Below are positions 16,070-27,028 of a stretch of DNA of 64,000 nt, piece after piece; positions within the stretch are counted from its first letter, which is position 1, and each line of letters starts with the position of its first letter. A program made the translations under genes and the position numbers. The notes under the pieces are model-generated. The model was given only the letters and a program-made list of their open reading frames with translations. It made no database searches and was not told the DNA's origin. The stretch spans positions 124,001 through 188,000 of the IMG/VR virus record IMGVR_UViG_3300046660_000488. One strand, written 5' to 3'.

Positions 16070-18019
16070 ATGTCATTGTCACTATTCGATACTTTCAAGG
16101 AAAAGTACGCCAAGTCGAAGGTCGAGGTCATGCCGTTGGGCGACTACCTCGAACTCTGCAAGACTGAGCCGATGGCGTATGCCACCGCGCCCGAGCGTAT
16201 GATCGCCGCAATTGGCGAACCCCAACTGGTGGACACCGCGAGCGATCCGCGCCTGTCCCGCGTGTTCCTGAACCGCACCGTCAAGGTCTACCCGGCCTTC
16301 AAGGATTTCTACGGCACGGAAGCTGTCGTGGAACGGATCGTCTCGTACTTCCGGCAAGCGGCCCAAGGGCTGGAAGAGCGCAAGCAGGTTCTGTACCTTC
16401 TCGGCCCGGTCGGCGGCGGCAAGTCGTCCATCGCCGAGCGTCTGAAGCAACTGATGGAAGCCAACCCCATCTACGTGCTGGCTGTCGATGGTCCGGACGG
16501 CAAGCCGGAACTCAGCCCGGTGTTCGAGACCCCACTGGGCCTCTTCCCGGCCGAGCACTACGCCTCGACGATGGCCGAGCAATACGGCATCAACAAGCGC
16601 TACCTGAACACCATCATGAGCCCGTGGGCGTCCAAGCGCTTGCGTGAATTCGAAGGCGACATCACCCAGTTCAAGGTGGCCAAGGTCTGGCCGTCGCGTC
16701 TGGAACAAATCGCCATCTGCAAGACCGAACCCGGCGACGAGAACAACCAAGACATTTCCTGCCTCGTGGGCAAGACCGACATCCGCAAGCTGGAGTTCTT
16801 CAGCCAGAACGATCCGGACGCCTACGCCTTCTCCGGCGCTCTGAACCGGGGCAACCAAGGCATCATGGAATTCGTCGAAATGTTCAAGGCGCCGATCAAG
16901 GTGCTGCACCCGCTGCTGACGGCCACGCAAGAAGGCAACTACGTCGGCACGGAAGCGATCTCGGCGATCCCGTTCAACGGCACGATCCTCGCGCACTCCA
17001 ACGAGAGTGAGTGGCAGTCGTTCCGCAACAACAAGAACAACGAAGCCTTCCTCGACCGCATCTGCGTGATCAAGGTCCCCTACTGCCTGCGCGACACCGA
17101 AGAGAGCAACATCTACCAGAAGATGCTCAACGGCTCGACGCTGTCGGAAGCCCCGCTGGCTCCGGAAACCCTCTCGCTGCTGTCGCGCTTCAGCGTGCTC
17201 AGCCGCCTGAAGGACCACCCCAACTCGACCCTGTGGTCGAAGATGCGGGTCTATGACGGCGCCAACATGAAGGAGACCGATCCGCGCTCCAAGTCGGTGC
17301 AGGAATACCGCGACGACGCTGGCGTGGACGAAGGCATGAACGGTATCTCGACTCGCTTCGCGTTCAAGATTCTGTCGAACGCCTTCAACTACGACACCGA
17401 AGAAATCGGCGCCGACCCGGTCCTGCTGATGATGGTGCTGGAGGAAGCGATCCGCCGTGAACAATTCCCGGCCGAGATCGAGAAGAAATACCTCGGGTTC
17501 CTGAAGGACGATCTGGTTCGCTCCTACGCCGAATTCGTCGGTAGTGAAATCCAGACGGCCTACCTCGAAGCCTACGACGAGTACGGTCAGAACCTGTTCG
17601 ACCGCTACATCGAGTACGCCGACCACTGGCTGCAAGAGATCGACTACAAGGACCCCGACACCGGCAACCTGTTCAACCGTGCGGTCCTGAACAACGAACT
17701 CGAAAAGATCGAGAAGGCGGCGGGAATCGGCAACCCGAAGGACTTCCGCCACGAGACGGTCAATTTCGTCCTGCGTCAGCGGGCTCGTGGCAACTCGGTG
17801 ACGTGGACCAGCTACGAGAAACTGAAGCGGGTCATCGAGAAGAAGATGTTCTCGTCGGTCGAAGAGCTTCTTCCGGTCATCAGCTTCGGCTCGAAGCAGG
17901 ACAAGGACACGGAACGCAAGCACAAGGACTTCGTCGAGCGGATGGAGAAGAAGGGCTACACGGCCCGCCAGACCCGCCGCATCGTCGAGTGGTACATGCG
18001 GACCCGCAAGTCGGGCTAA
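16070..18019 (+). CDS. prkA: PrkA/YeaG family AAA+ ATPase / serine kinase
   Basis: Walker A GPVGGGKS; EPGDENNQDIS; EFVEMFKAPIKVLHPLLTATQEG; full length. Confidence 0.97.
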   Translation: MSLSLFDTFKEKYAKSKVEVMPLGDYLELCKTEPMAYATAPERMIAAIGEPQLVDTASDPRLSRVFLNRTVKVYPAFKDFYGTEAVVERIVSYFRQAAQGLEERKQVLYLLGPVGGGKSSIAERLKQLMEANPIYVLAVDGPDGKPELSPVFETPLGLFPAEHYASTMAEQYGINKRYLNTIMSPWASKRLREFEGDITQFKVAKVWPSRLEQIAICKTEPGDENNQDISCLVGKTDIRKLEFFSQNDPDAYAFSGALNRGNQGIMEFVEMFKAPIKVLHPLLTATQEGNYVGTEAISAIPFNGTILAHSNESEWQSFRNNKNNEAFLDRICVIKVPYCLRDTEESNIYQKMLNGSTLSEAPLAPETLSLLSRFSVLSRLKDHPNSTLWSKMRVYDGANMKETDPRSKSVQEYRDDAGVDEGMNGISTRFAFKILSNAFNYDTEEIGADPVLLMMVLEEAIRREQFPAEIEKKYLGFLKDDLVRSYAEFVGSEIQTAYLEAYDEYGQNLFDRYIEYADHWLQEIDYKDPDTGNLFNRAVLNNELEKIEKAAGIGNPKDFRHETVNFVLRQRARGNSVTWTSYEKLKRVIEKKMFSSVEELLPVISFGSKQDKDTERKHKDFVERMEKKGYTARQTRRIVEWYMRTRKSG

Positions 18020-18097
18020 GCACTGACGGAGAGGCGTCTATTTTGGCGCCTCTCCACCACCGCCACGATTGCTTTAGTACCATTTCTGAGTAGGCAT

Positions 18098-19432
18098 ATG
18101 ACTGGCTGCATCATTATCGACCGTCGCAAGAACCCCAAGGACAAGAGTCTGTCCAACCGCCAGCGGTTTTTCGAGCGGGCCAAGAAGGCTGTGCGCGAAG
18201 CCGCCAAGCGGACTCTGGCTGGCCGTTCGCTGTCGGACACGGGTGATGCGATCATCAATATCCCGACCGAAGGCTTGGGCGAGCCCCATTTCCATCACGA
18301 CAACAACGTCGGCGAATACGACATCGTCCTGCCCGGCAATCGGCAGTTCATCGTCGGCGACAAGATCAAGAAGCAACAGGACGGCGAAGGCGGCGGCCGT
18401 GGTAGCGGCGGCAATGGCGAAGGCGGTGAGGACGATTTCCAATTCGCCCTGACGCACGAAGAATTCCTCGACGTCATTTTCGACGATCTCGAACTGCCGG
18501 ACCTGATCAAGAAGACCGAACGCAACGCCGTGGCGTTCGCGCCCAAGCGCGCGGGTCACACCAACGTCGGCATGCCCTCCAACCTGAACGTCGAGAAGAC
18601 GGCTATCGCAGGCATCGCCCGACGCTTGGCTCTGCGGGCGCCCAAGAAGCGCCAAATCCGCGAGCTTGAGGACGAATATCGCGAAGTTCTGGCCAAGTTC
18701 CACGACGCTCAGGACTCCGGCCTCATCTACGCCCTGACCACGCGACTGAACGAGATCATCACCGAAGTCGTGGCGCTGGAACGCAAGATGGCGGCGGTCG
18801 GCTTCCTCGACGACGTGGACCTTCGCTACAACAACTTCGTCCAGCAGCCCAAGCCGATCACTCAGGCCGTGATGTTCTGCATCATGGACGTGTCGTTCTC
18901 GATGGGCGAGCGCGAGAAGATCATCGCCAAGAAATTCTTCATCCTGATGAACCTCTTCCTGAAGCGTCGGTACGAGAACATCGACGTGGTCTTCGTTCGC
19001 CACCACAGCGAAGCCATCGAATGCGACGAGGAAACGTTCTTCACGAGCCGTGAAGGCGGCGGAACGGTCGTGTCGTCCGGCTATCGCAAGATGATCGACA
19101 TCATGAAGGATCGCTACGCCTCGGATGACTGGAACATCTACATGGCCCAAGCATCGGATGGCGACAACTACGATGGCGACAACGGCGAGGTCACCCGCTA
19201 CCTGAGCGAGGAAATCCTGCCGGTGATCCAACACTTCACCTACATCGAAATCGTCGATGAGTGGCGTAAGCAATTCTTCGGCGACCCGTCCGGCGGCTAC
19301 AGGTCCAACCTGTGGCAAACCATCGACGCGATTGCCAGCCAGTTCGAAAACGTCTCGGCCGCCATGCTCGAAGACGAAAGCGAAGTGATCCGCGTGTTCC
19401 GCAACCTCTTCAAGTCAGAGAAATCCCAGTGA
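18098..19432 (+). CDS. yeaH: YeaH/YhbH family vWA-domain protein
   Basis: IIDRR.N...KS..NRQRF, VLPGN, MIDAS-like MDVSFSM, GGT, ASDGDN. Confidence 0.95.
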   Translation: MTGCIIIDRRKNPKDKSLSNRQRFFERAKKAVREAAKRTLAGRSLSDTGDAIINIPTEGLGEPHFHHDNNVGEYDIVLPGNRQFIVGDKIKKQQDGEGGGRGSGGNGEGGEDDFQFALTHEEFLDVIFDDLELPDLIKKTERNAVAFAPKRAGHTNVGMPSNLNVEKTAIAGIARRLALRAPKKRQIRELEDEYREVLAKFHDAQDSGLIYALTTRLNEIITEVVALERKMAAVGFLDDVDLRYNNFVQQPKPITQAVMFCIMDVSFSMGEREKIIAKKFFILMNLFLKRRYENIDVVFVRHHSEAIECDEETFFTSREGGGTVVSSGYRKMIDIMKDRYASDDWNIYMAQASDGDNYDGDNGEVTRYLSEEILPVIQHFTYIEIVDEWRKQFFGDPSGGYRSNLWQTIDAIASQFENVSAAMLEDESEVIRVFRNLFKSEKSQ

Positions 19433-20898
19433 CCACGCTTCCCCTCTGGACAGATTCTGAATGGTCGTTCGAGCGCATCCGTCGCGTCTATGACGAGTGC
19501 GAAAAGATCGGCATCGGTGAGCTTGGTCTGGACATCTACCAGAACCAGTTCGAGATCATTTCGTCCGAGCAGATGATCGACCGCTACACCAGCGTCGGCA
19601 TGCCGCTCTACTATAACCATTGGTCGTTCGGTAAGCAGTTCTCGCGCGAGTGGGACAGCTACAAGGCTGGCAAGTCGGGTCTCGCGTACGAGTTGGTCAT
19701 CAACAGCAACCCCTGCATCAATTACTTGATGGAGGACAACACGATGACGACCCAAGCTCTCGTCATCGCGCACGCTGCTTTCGGCCACAACCATTTCTTC
19801 AAGAACAACTACATGTTCAAGACGTGGACTGACGCCGACGCCATCGTCGATTACCTCGTGTTTGCCCGCGATTACGTGGCCGAGTGCGAAGATCGTCACG
19901 GCCGCCAAGCGGTAGAAACTTTCCTCGACAGTTGCCATGCTCTGCAAGAGTACGGCGTGAACCGCTACGTGCGGCCGTCCAAGCTGTCCCTGAAGGATGA
20001 GCGCAAGAAAGCCGCCGAGCGCGAGGCGTACCTGCAAACGCGGGTGGACGAACTGTACCGGATCATCCCCGACAAAACGGCCACCAAGGAGAAGGAAAAG
20101 TTCCCGAAGCAGCCGGAAGAGAACCTTCTGTATTTCTTCGAGAAGAATTCACCGAAGCTGGAGCCGTGGCAACGTGAGTTGATCCGCATCGTTCGCAAGA
20201 CTTCGCAGTATTTCTACCCGCAAGGTCAGACGAAAATCGCCAACGAAGGCTTCGCGACGTGGACACACTACACGATCATGAACCGTCTGCACGACAAGGG
20301 CCTGACGACTGACGGCGCGCACCTCGAATTCCTGAAGCTGCATGCTGGCGTCATCTTCCAGCCGGACTATGACGACAAGTATTTCTCTCTGCCGCTGAAC
20401 CCCTACAAGCTGGGTTTCGAAATCCTGCGGGACATCGAACGCATCTGCAAGGAGCCCACGGACGAGGATCGCCACTGGTTCCCCGACATCGTCGGCGAAG
20501 ACCCGGTCGAGGTGATCAAGGACGCCGTCGCCAATTACCGCGACGAAAGCCTGATCCGCCAGTTCCTGTCACCCAAGGTGATCCGCGATTTCCGGTTCTT
20601 CCAACTGAAGGACAACCGGGAATCTGACCACTATCTGGTCGAGACGATCCAGAACGAAAAGGGCGTGCTGGATATTCGCGACAAGCTGGCCCAGCAATCC
20701 GAACGCGACACGCGCCTGCCGAACATCGAGATCGAGGAATGCGATCTGGAGAACCGACGCCTGTACCTTCGCTACTCGCCCAACGGCACGAAGGAATTGA
20801 GCGACGCCACCGAAATGATGCGGCACGTCCGCCGCCTGTGGGGCTACAGCGTCTACCTCCGCGACACCAAGGGCAAGCTTCTGGGACTGGTTCAATGA
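19429..20898 (+). CDS. ycgB: SpoVR/YcgB family protein
   Basis: GMPLYYNHWSFGK, AYELVINSNPC, HAAFGHNHFFKNN, NEGFATWTH; GTG start overlapping the yeaH stop. Confidence 0.95.
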   Translation: MTTLPLWTDSEWSFERIRRVYDECEKIGIGELGLDIYQNQFEIISSEQMIDRYTSVGMPLYYNHWSFGKQFSREWDSYKAGKSGLAYELVINSNPCINYLMEDNTMTTQALVIAHAAFGHNHFFKNNYMFKTWTDADAIVDYLVFARDYVAECEDRHGRQAVETFLDSCHALQEYGVNRYVRPSKLSLKDERKKAAEREAYLQTRVDELYRIIPDKTATKEKEKFPKQPEENLLYFFEKNSPKLEPWQRELIRIVRKTSQYFYPQGQTKIANEGFATWTHYTIMNRLHDKGLTTDGAHLEFLKLHAGVIFQPDYDDKYFSLPLNPYKLGFEILRDIERICKEPTDEDRHWFPDIVGEDPVEVIKDAVANYRDESLIRQFLSPKVIRDFRFFQLKDNRESDHYLVETIQNEKGVLDIRDKLAQQSERDTRLPNIEIEECDLENRRLYLRYSPNGTKELSDATEMMRHVRRLWGYSVYLRDTKGKLLGLVQ

Positions 20899-21203
20899 CG
20901 AGCATGGTGCAATTCGAGGTCGTTCAACGCCTGACATCGGAAGGCTGGGGCGACCCATCCGCCGCGACGGTTGATTCCGAAATAGGTGGTCCGGTTTACC
21001 TGACGCGGTGGGGTGATCTCGTCCGCGTTCAGGCAGACGGGTCGGTCGAGGTCGCTTACTGGGGGCGAGCCGCATTTCCCGAAGAGCTAAGCGCGATCAC
21101 CAAGCGCCTGTCCGAACGATGGTCTTTCGCCCCGGCCGAAATTCCAGCGGCTGATCCTCCGGAGGCGGACGGTCCCACCTGTGGGCTTGATGGTTGCCCA
21201 TGA
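20895..21203 (+). CDS. Hypothetical protein
   Basis: ATGA overlap. Confidence 0.5.
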   Translation: MTSMVQFEVVQRLTSEGWGDPSAATVDSEIGGPVYLTRWGDLVRVQADGSVEVAYWGRAAFPEELSAITKRLSERWSFAPAEIPAADPPEADGPTCGLDGCP

Positions 21204-21283
21204 ACGAAGACCACTGGGTGTTCTGGGTGATCATCATCATCCTGTTGATGAAGGGGGTTTGGGACTACGAGGACGAAGAATAA
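21200..21283 (+). CDS. 27-aa membrane peptide
   Basis: MNEDHWVFWVIIIILLMKGVWDYEDEE; ATGA overlap. Confidence 0.4.
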   Translation: MNEDHWVFWVIIIILLMKGVWDYEDEE

Positions 21284-21373
21284 CGTTCTCGCAAACGAAA
21301 TTTTGGTTGCATTCTGCGACCAAGGTTGTATTATTTGCGTTCTGAGTTTTCGATTGGGATACGAGTTCATTTC

Positions 21374-21658
21374 ATGACCACATTCTCCACCCCGGAACGC
21401 CAGTGCTCGACCACGCTGGAACGAGCGTCCTTCAACCTGAAGGCCGCCATCGATTTCCTGCTGCGTCGCACCACCGGTCTGGCGTCCCAGATGGACCCTG
21501 ATCGCGCCCTGAAGGAAATCGAGACGGCCCAAGCCCGCCTCGACGAACTGCGCGACATCGTCATCGCCGCCTACAACACCAAGCACGGCATCGTCCCCAA
21601 GGCCAAGCGCGTGGCCAAGCCGCGCATCGTCGCCAACGACGTGGTCCGCGCGGCTTGA
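21374..21658 (+). CDS. Hypothetical protein with an ssrA-like C-terminus
   Basis: Upstream promoter TTGCAT-N16-TATTAT; ends ANDVVRAA. Confidence 0.6.
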   Translation: MTTFSTPERQCSTTLERASFNLKAAIDFLLRRTTGLASQMDPDRALKEIETAQARLDELRDIVIAAYNTKHGIVPKAKRVAKPRIVANDVVRAA

Positions 21659-22182
21659 TGCGGACAGTCGCTCTCCTGATATTGGCTCTGACGGTCGCCG
21701 CGTGTGGCGACCAACGAACCGATGATGACGTTGATCTGGGCGGTGGACCCGCGATCCAGATCAATGTCCAGAAGGAAGAGCCCCACCCGGTCGATACGAC
21801 CCGGTACGACATTCTGGACCTGTCCCAGACCGTCTCCACGCCCGTGGAGAATATGCCCCAACCGGTTGACGAGAAGCCCACCGTGGCGGAAAATCATCCG
21901 GTTGTGGTTTCCCAAAAACCCCGCCCTATCGAGAGCTACGGCGCCGCGTCGCTGAAGACTCTGGGGATCACCCGCAGCGACATCGAAATTCAACCGAAGG
22001 CTCGGCCGGTGAGCACCGCCGCCCAACCTTCCGGCGATCTTTATGCCGATGGATACCGCTATGCGCGCGATTTGGGGACGTTAGACACTCGCTATTGTCG
22101 AGAGCGACCCAAATCCTTCATTGCAGGCTGTATGGAATACATGCTAGGGATGAATTCACAGTTGGAGTTGGCGACTCGATGA
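21658..22182 (+). CDS. Putative lipoprotein
   Basis: Signal peptide with lipobox VAAC. Confidence 0.6.
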   Translation: MRTVALLILALTVAACGDQRTDDDVDLGGGPAIQINVQKEEPHPVDTTRYDILDLSQTVSTPVENMPQPVDEKPTVAENHPVVVSQKPRPIESYGAASLKTLGITRSDIEIQPKARPVSTAAQPSGDLYADGYRYARDLGTLDTRYCRERPKSFIAGCMEYMLGMNSQLELATR

Positions 22183-22603
22183 GCGACTACAAGACCATCG
22201 TAGCGGACCTTGAAGCTAAGGCGAAAGCCGAAGGCGCCGAGTACTCGGCCGCGAATGACCGTTACATGGCCGCCGTGAAATTGCAGGCGAACGCCAAGGA
22301 CGCGACGCAAGCGGCCTACAAGGCGATGATCAAGGTCATCGAAAGCGAAGACATGTTTCTGGCTGAAGGCCTGAAATTCGCCGCCGCTCACGAGCACCAA
22401 GAGACCTGCGGATTGCTGGTCACCAAGTTGCTTGGTGAACGAAACGACATCGCAAAGTCCCACACCGCACTCAAGACCCTGCACGACCTGACGATCATGC
22501 GTCGGTTCGCCGCCTCGCTGCTGGCGGCCGGTCTGGACCCGGCGCTGATGCTGACCGGCGTCGAGACGTTCTCGGAACGCGACCCCTATGGGACCAAAGC
22601 GAA

Positions 22604-22607
<4 letters not shown>
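22179..22607 (+). CDS. Hypothetical coiled-coil protein
   Basis: Ala/Lys-rich helical sequence; coupled. Confidence 0.6.
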
Positions 22608-23955
<1,348 letters not shown>

Positions 23956-23971
<16 letters not shown>

Positions 23972-24324
23972 ACTACGTCCCCGACGCGGTGACGATCACG
24001 AGCGTGCATTGGATGATGTACAATGCTTGTTTCGACCTGACTGACGCTCAGATCATCGACCTGTTCCAAAAGTCGGGCAAGCTGCGGGCCATCGTGGCTG
24101 AGGATTACTCGGACCTCACGGAGCCAACGACGTGGGACACCGATCAGATGGAGCAGATGCTTCAGGAATTCGCGGTCCACATCCTCGACCTTCCCGGCTG
24201 GCCGAACAACGGCGAGCGGGCCAGAGCCACGGAATCGGCCTGCATCTTCGACCAGACCATGCGCGACAGAATCGCGGATGGCACGGTCATCGACGAAGGC
24301 TGGTTGGAGCATGCCGATGATTGA
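23956..24324 (+). CDS. Hypothetical protein
   Basis: Overlapping ORF with GTG start. Confidence 0.55.
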
Positions 24325-24613
24325 GATCGTTCCCGAAGGCATCCGGCCTGAATTCGCGAAGATCGAGGACGTCCAGTTGGTCGTCACCACCTTCGGCGGC
24401 AAGACTCCCACGACGCTTGGTATCCGCGTCACGTTCTCTCGGGAAGACCCCGAAGACGAACCCATCGTTCGCGACTATGAACTGTTCCAACCGAACCTGT
24501 TCATGGACGCGCGCTTCCTTCACCCGATTCCGGATTCCGTCGAAGACTACCGGTATCGTGAAGTCACCATTCTCTGGAATGGCGACAAAATCCTACGTAT
24601 CAAGGGGTCCTAA
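24317..24613 (+). CDS. Hypothetical protein
   Basis: GGAG SD; coupled. Confidence 0.55.
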   Translation: MIEIVPEGIRPEFAKIEDVQLVVTTFGGKTPTTLGIRVTFSREDPEDEPIVRDYELFQPNLFMDARFLHPIPDSVEDYRYREVTILWNGDKILRIKGS

Positions 24614-24614
24614 C

Positions 24615-25016
24615 ATGGCTGAGAAGAACACTCCCAATCCAGTTGACGTCCACGTCGGCGCGCGCGTCCGCTACATGCGGAAGGCTCTGGGCATGTCCCA
24701 GACCGAACTGGCCGACGCGCTGGGCCTGACGTTCCAGCAAGTCCAGAAGTACGAACTGGGCACGAACCGCGTCAGCGCTTCGAAGCTGTACGAGATCGCC
24801 AAGAAGATGAAGGTCACCATCGGCTTCTTCTTCGAAGGCCTCGAAGCGACGCAGGGCGACAACAACGACGCCGCCGTCAAGATCGACCGGAACCTGAACG
24901 AAGCCATGGCCGTCATGATCGACGTCCCGTCGTTGATGTCCCTGTCGAAGCTGTCGCGTCCCAAGCTCGTCATCGTCGGCAATCTTGTCGAGTCGATGAT
25001 CGGCGAAGCCGCTTAA
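24615..25016 (+). CDS. XRE/Cro-C1 helix-turn-helix regulator, alphaproteobacterial type
   Basis: PNPVDVHVGARVR..R..LGMSQ..LA..LGLTFQQVQKYE.G.NRVSAS.L. Confidence 0.92.
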   Translation: MAEKNTPNPVDVHVGARVRYMRKALGMSQTELADALGLTFQQVQKYELGTNRVSASKLYEIAKKMKVTIGFFFEGLEATQGDNNDAAVKIDRNLNEAMAVMIDVPSLMSLSKLSRPKLVIVGNLVESMIGEAA

Positions 25017-26038
25017 GCTGCTCCAGCCTGCGCGCGAAGTTTCTCGTTGATCTTCGCGCGCATGGCACGATCCCATTCGGGCACGCGGTCGTACTGGTGC
25101 ACGATGGGATAGAGTTCGTCGTCCTCTGCGGACGCGAACACCTCTCCATCCCGCAGGACGGGCTCAGGGCACAACAGGTTCGGCCGGAAGGCGTCGATCT
25201 TGTTGGGGTCCGCAGTCGTGCCCGCTTGGCAGACGACGCCGTCGTCGTGGCGCCCGAACCGGGTGATGCTCGACCATGCGGCCATGTCGAGCAGGATGTT
25301 GTAGCCGCTCTGGTCGGCCACGCCGTATCCCGACGACTTGGCGATCATGCCAACGCTCAGACACATGTCGGCCACGGTCTGGGCCGATCCCAGCAAGACG
25401 CCGACATTGTAGATTTCCTTGTCCATGACGCGGTCGGCGAGCGATGGGTAACCCGCCTTCACGTTGTCGCATCCCCACGGCTCGTCGCGGTAGCTCAGAC
25501 CTTCGGCCGCCGCGTATAGCTGGTACTCTCCCTCGCCGTCGTCCAGCCAGCGCTCCAGCGCCAGCGACGGGTTGGACTGGAAGGCCACATCGCGGATGTC
25601 GGTGACGATGGCGAACCGCAGGCTATGGGGGTTCTCGTCGTCGCTCAGCCCGTCGATGTGGTTGATGATTTCGTGGAAATCATAGAAGCGCGCATTGAAG
25701 ATCGACTGCGGCATCGGCTTGACGAAGAGCATGAAGCCCAGCGCGTTCAGTCGCTTGATGACGTCGAGGTTGTTCTTCGTGGCTGGCGGCAGATCGTTGT
25801 CTACCTGCGGGAGACCTCCTGTGTCGCGGATGCTCGCGGCCAACAGGCTGTCGTAGATGATGACGGCTTTCTTGCCCTCGAAACCGGAGGTCACTAGGCT
25901 CAGCGCCCAGACTTCGATCTTGGACCAGTCGTAGCCACCGGCTGCTGCGAGAACAAGATCGTTCTTGCGCTCGATGACGTTCATTTCTTCAAGGATCGCG
26001 CCAAATTTGACGATCACGTCTTCTTCACTGGGCATCAA
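25013..26038 (-). CDS. Putative GT-A glycosyltransferase
   Basis: YDWSKIEVW..SL..SGFEG, RF, VTDIRDVAFQSNP, NVGVLLG, DQ..YN. Confidence 0.65.
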   Translation of the reverse strand: MMPSEEDVIVKFGAILEEMNVIERKNDLVLAAAGGYDWSKIEVWALSLVTSGFEGKKAVIIYDSLLAASIRDTGGLPQVDNDLPPATKNNLDVIKRLNALGFMLFVKPMPQSIFNARFYDFHEIINHIDGLSDDENPHSLRFAIVTDIRDVAFQSNPSLALERWLDDGEGEYQLYAAAEGLSYRDEPWGCDNVKAGYPSLADRVMDKEIYNVGVLLGSAQTVADMCLSVGMIAKSSGYGVADQSGYNILLDMAAWSSITRFGRHDDGVVCQAGTTADPNKIDAFRPNLLCPEPVLRDGEVFASAEDDELYPIVHQYDRVPEWDRAMRAKINEKLRAQAGAA

Positions 26039-26065
26039 ATATGGTCCAAAAATGAATTAAGTAAC

Positions 26066-26295
26066 GCAAGTGGAGGAAGACTAAGACGACAACGAAATGC
26101 GAAGCACGAACCTCGAAATACGAAGAACGACATGCCTTGAGCCCGGTAACGAAGAACGATAGTCTCCCGAAGGAAACAGGGGGTTGTTTGCCGGGTAACG
26201 AGGCTGGTGCTTTTACGGAGTCATGCGCTCGTAAGCGAATGACAATGCCTTAATCTATCCTCCACTCACGCCGCCCGTCCGAAGACAGGCGTGTC
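26066..26295 (-). ncRNA. Candidate structured ncRNA of about 230 nt
   Basis: Closing stem 26069-26085/26249-26266, nested stems, two cUUCGg tetraloops and G-U pairs only on the minus strand; no ORF. Confidence 0.65.
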
Positions 26296-26304
26296 CTCGC
26301 TCCC

Positions 26305-26895
26305 CTAGAGCAGCGAGTATTTCTCCACCAAGGCCGCGACGAACGCCGGGATGACAATCCGGGTCGAGCCGTTGATGATTTCGATCTGGTCGGCGATGGC
26401 CACTTTCTGGCGCCGAATGTCGTTCAGCGACTTGGCGGTGGCCTCGGCCGTCGCTTCGTCCACCAGTGCGACCGACAGAGACTCCGGCGCGCGGCTGTAG
26501 CGATCCGTCGCGGGCTGCGAGGCGCGCTTTTCAGCGGCCTCCAGTTGGCGGACGATGATCTTCACGTCCTGCGCGGTGACGTCCTTGCCAATCGTGCCGT
26601 AGATGGTCTCCATCTTGCGGAGCGATTCGGACTGACGCAGCAGGTCCGGAATACCGGCGCGCTCGTTGGCCTCGCCACGGGCGTTGTGCAGGGTGTTGAT
26701 GGCCTCGACCAGCGCAAGCTTTTCAGTCTGCGACTCGATCATCTTGGCTTGCGCGTCGGCCAGCGCAGCCTTCACGGACGCTTCGTCCTTGTCGTCGTAG
26801 ATCGACAGGGTGGCGCTGGTGGTGATCTGAACTTCGGCGGCCTTCCGCTCAAGAAGCTTCTCGATCTGGTACGCCTTGCGAAGGGTCACTTCCAT
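26305..26895 (-). CDS. Coiled-coil hypothetical protein
   Basis: MEVTLRKAY start; long amphipathic helices. Confidence 0.7.
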   Translation of the reverse strand: MEVTLRKAYQIEKLLERKAAEVQITTSATLSIYDDKDEASVKAALADAQAKMIESQTEKLALVEAINTLHNARGEANERAGIPDLLRQSESLRKMETIYGTIGKDVTAQDVKIIVRQLEAAEKRASQPATDRYSRAPESLSVALVDEATAEATAKSLNDIRRQKVAIADQIEIINGSTRIVIPAFVAALVEKYSLL

Positions 26896-26984
26896 TTTCG
26901 TTCTCGTTTCTCTGATTTCACCCAACCTACCACCCCCGCCCGCGCATCGCAATATTCTCGTGCACGATAAGTGGGGTGTTTATG

Positions 26985-27021
26985 CCTCCGTAAATACTTT
27001 TAGACCCACTATTATCGGAGG
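26985..27021 (+). promoter_or_regulatory. Late promoter with an upstream anti-SD
   Basis: CCTCCG (26985-90)-TAAATA (26991-96) ... CGGAGG (27016-21). Confidence 0.7.
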
Positions 27022-27028
27022 AACACTA

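Noticed and set aside
16082-17923. Long antisense ORFs (also 18074-19318, 22586-23908, 33367-34713, 45425-46693, 50908-52467, 59514-60548)
   Set aside because: Shadow frames opposite well-supported genes, expected from strong GC3 bias; no motifs or start signals.
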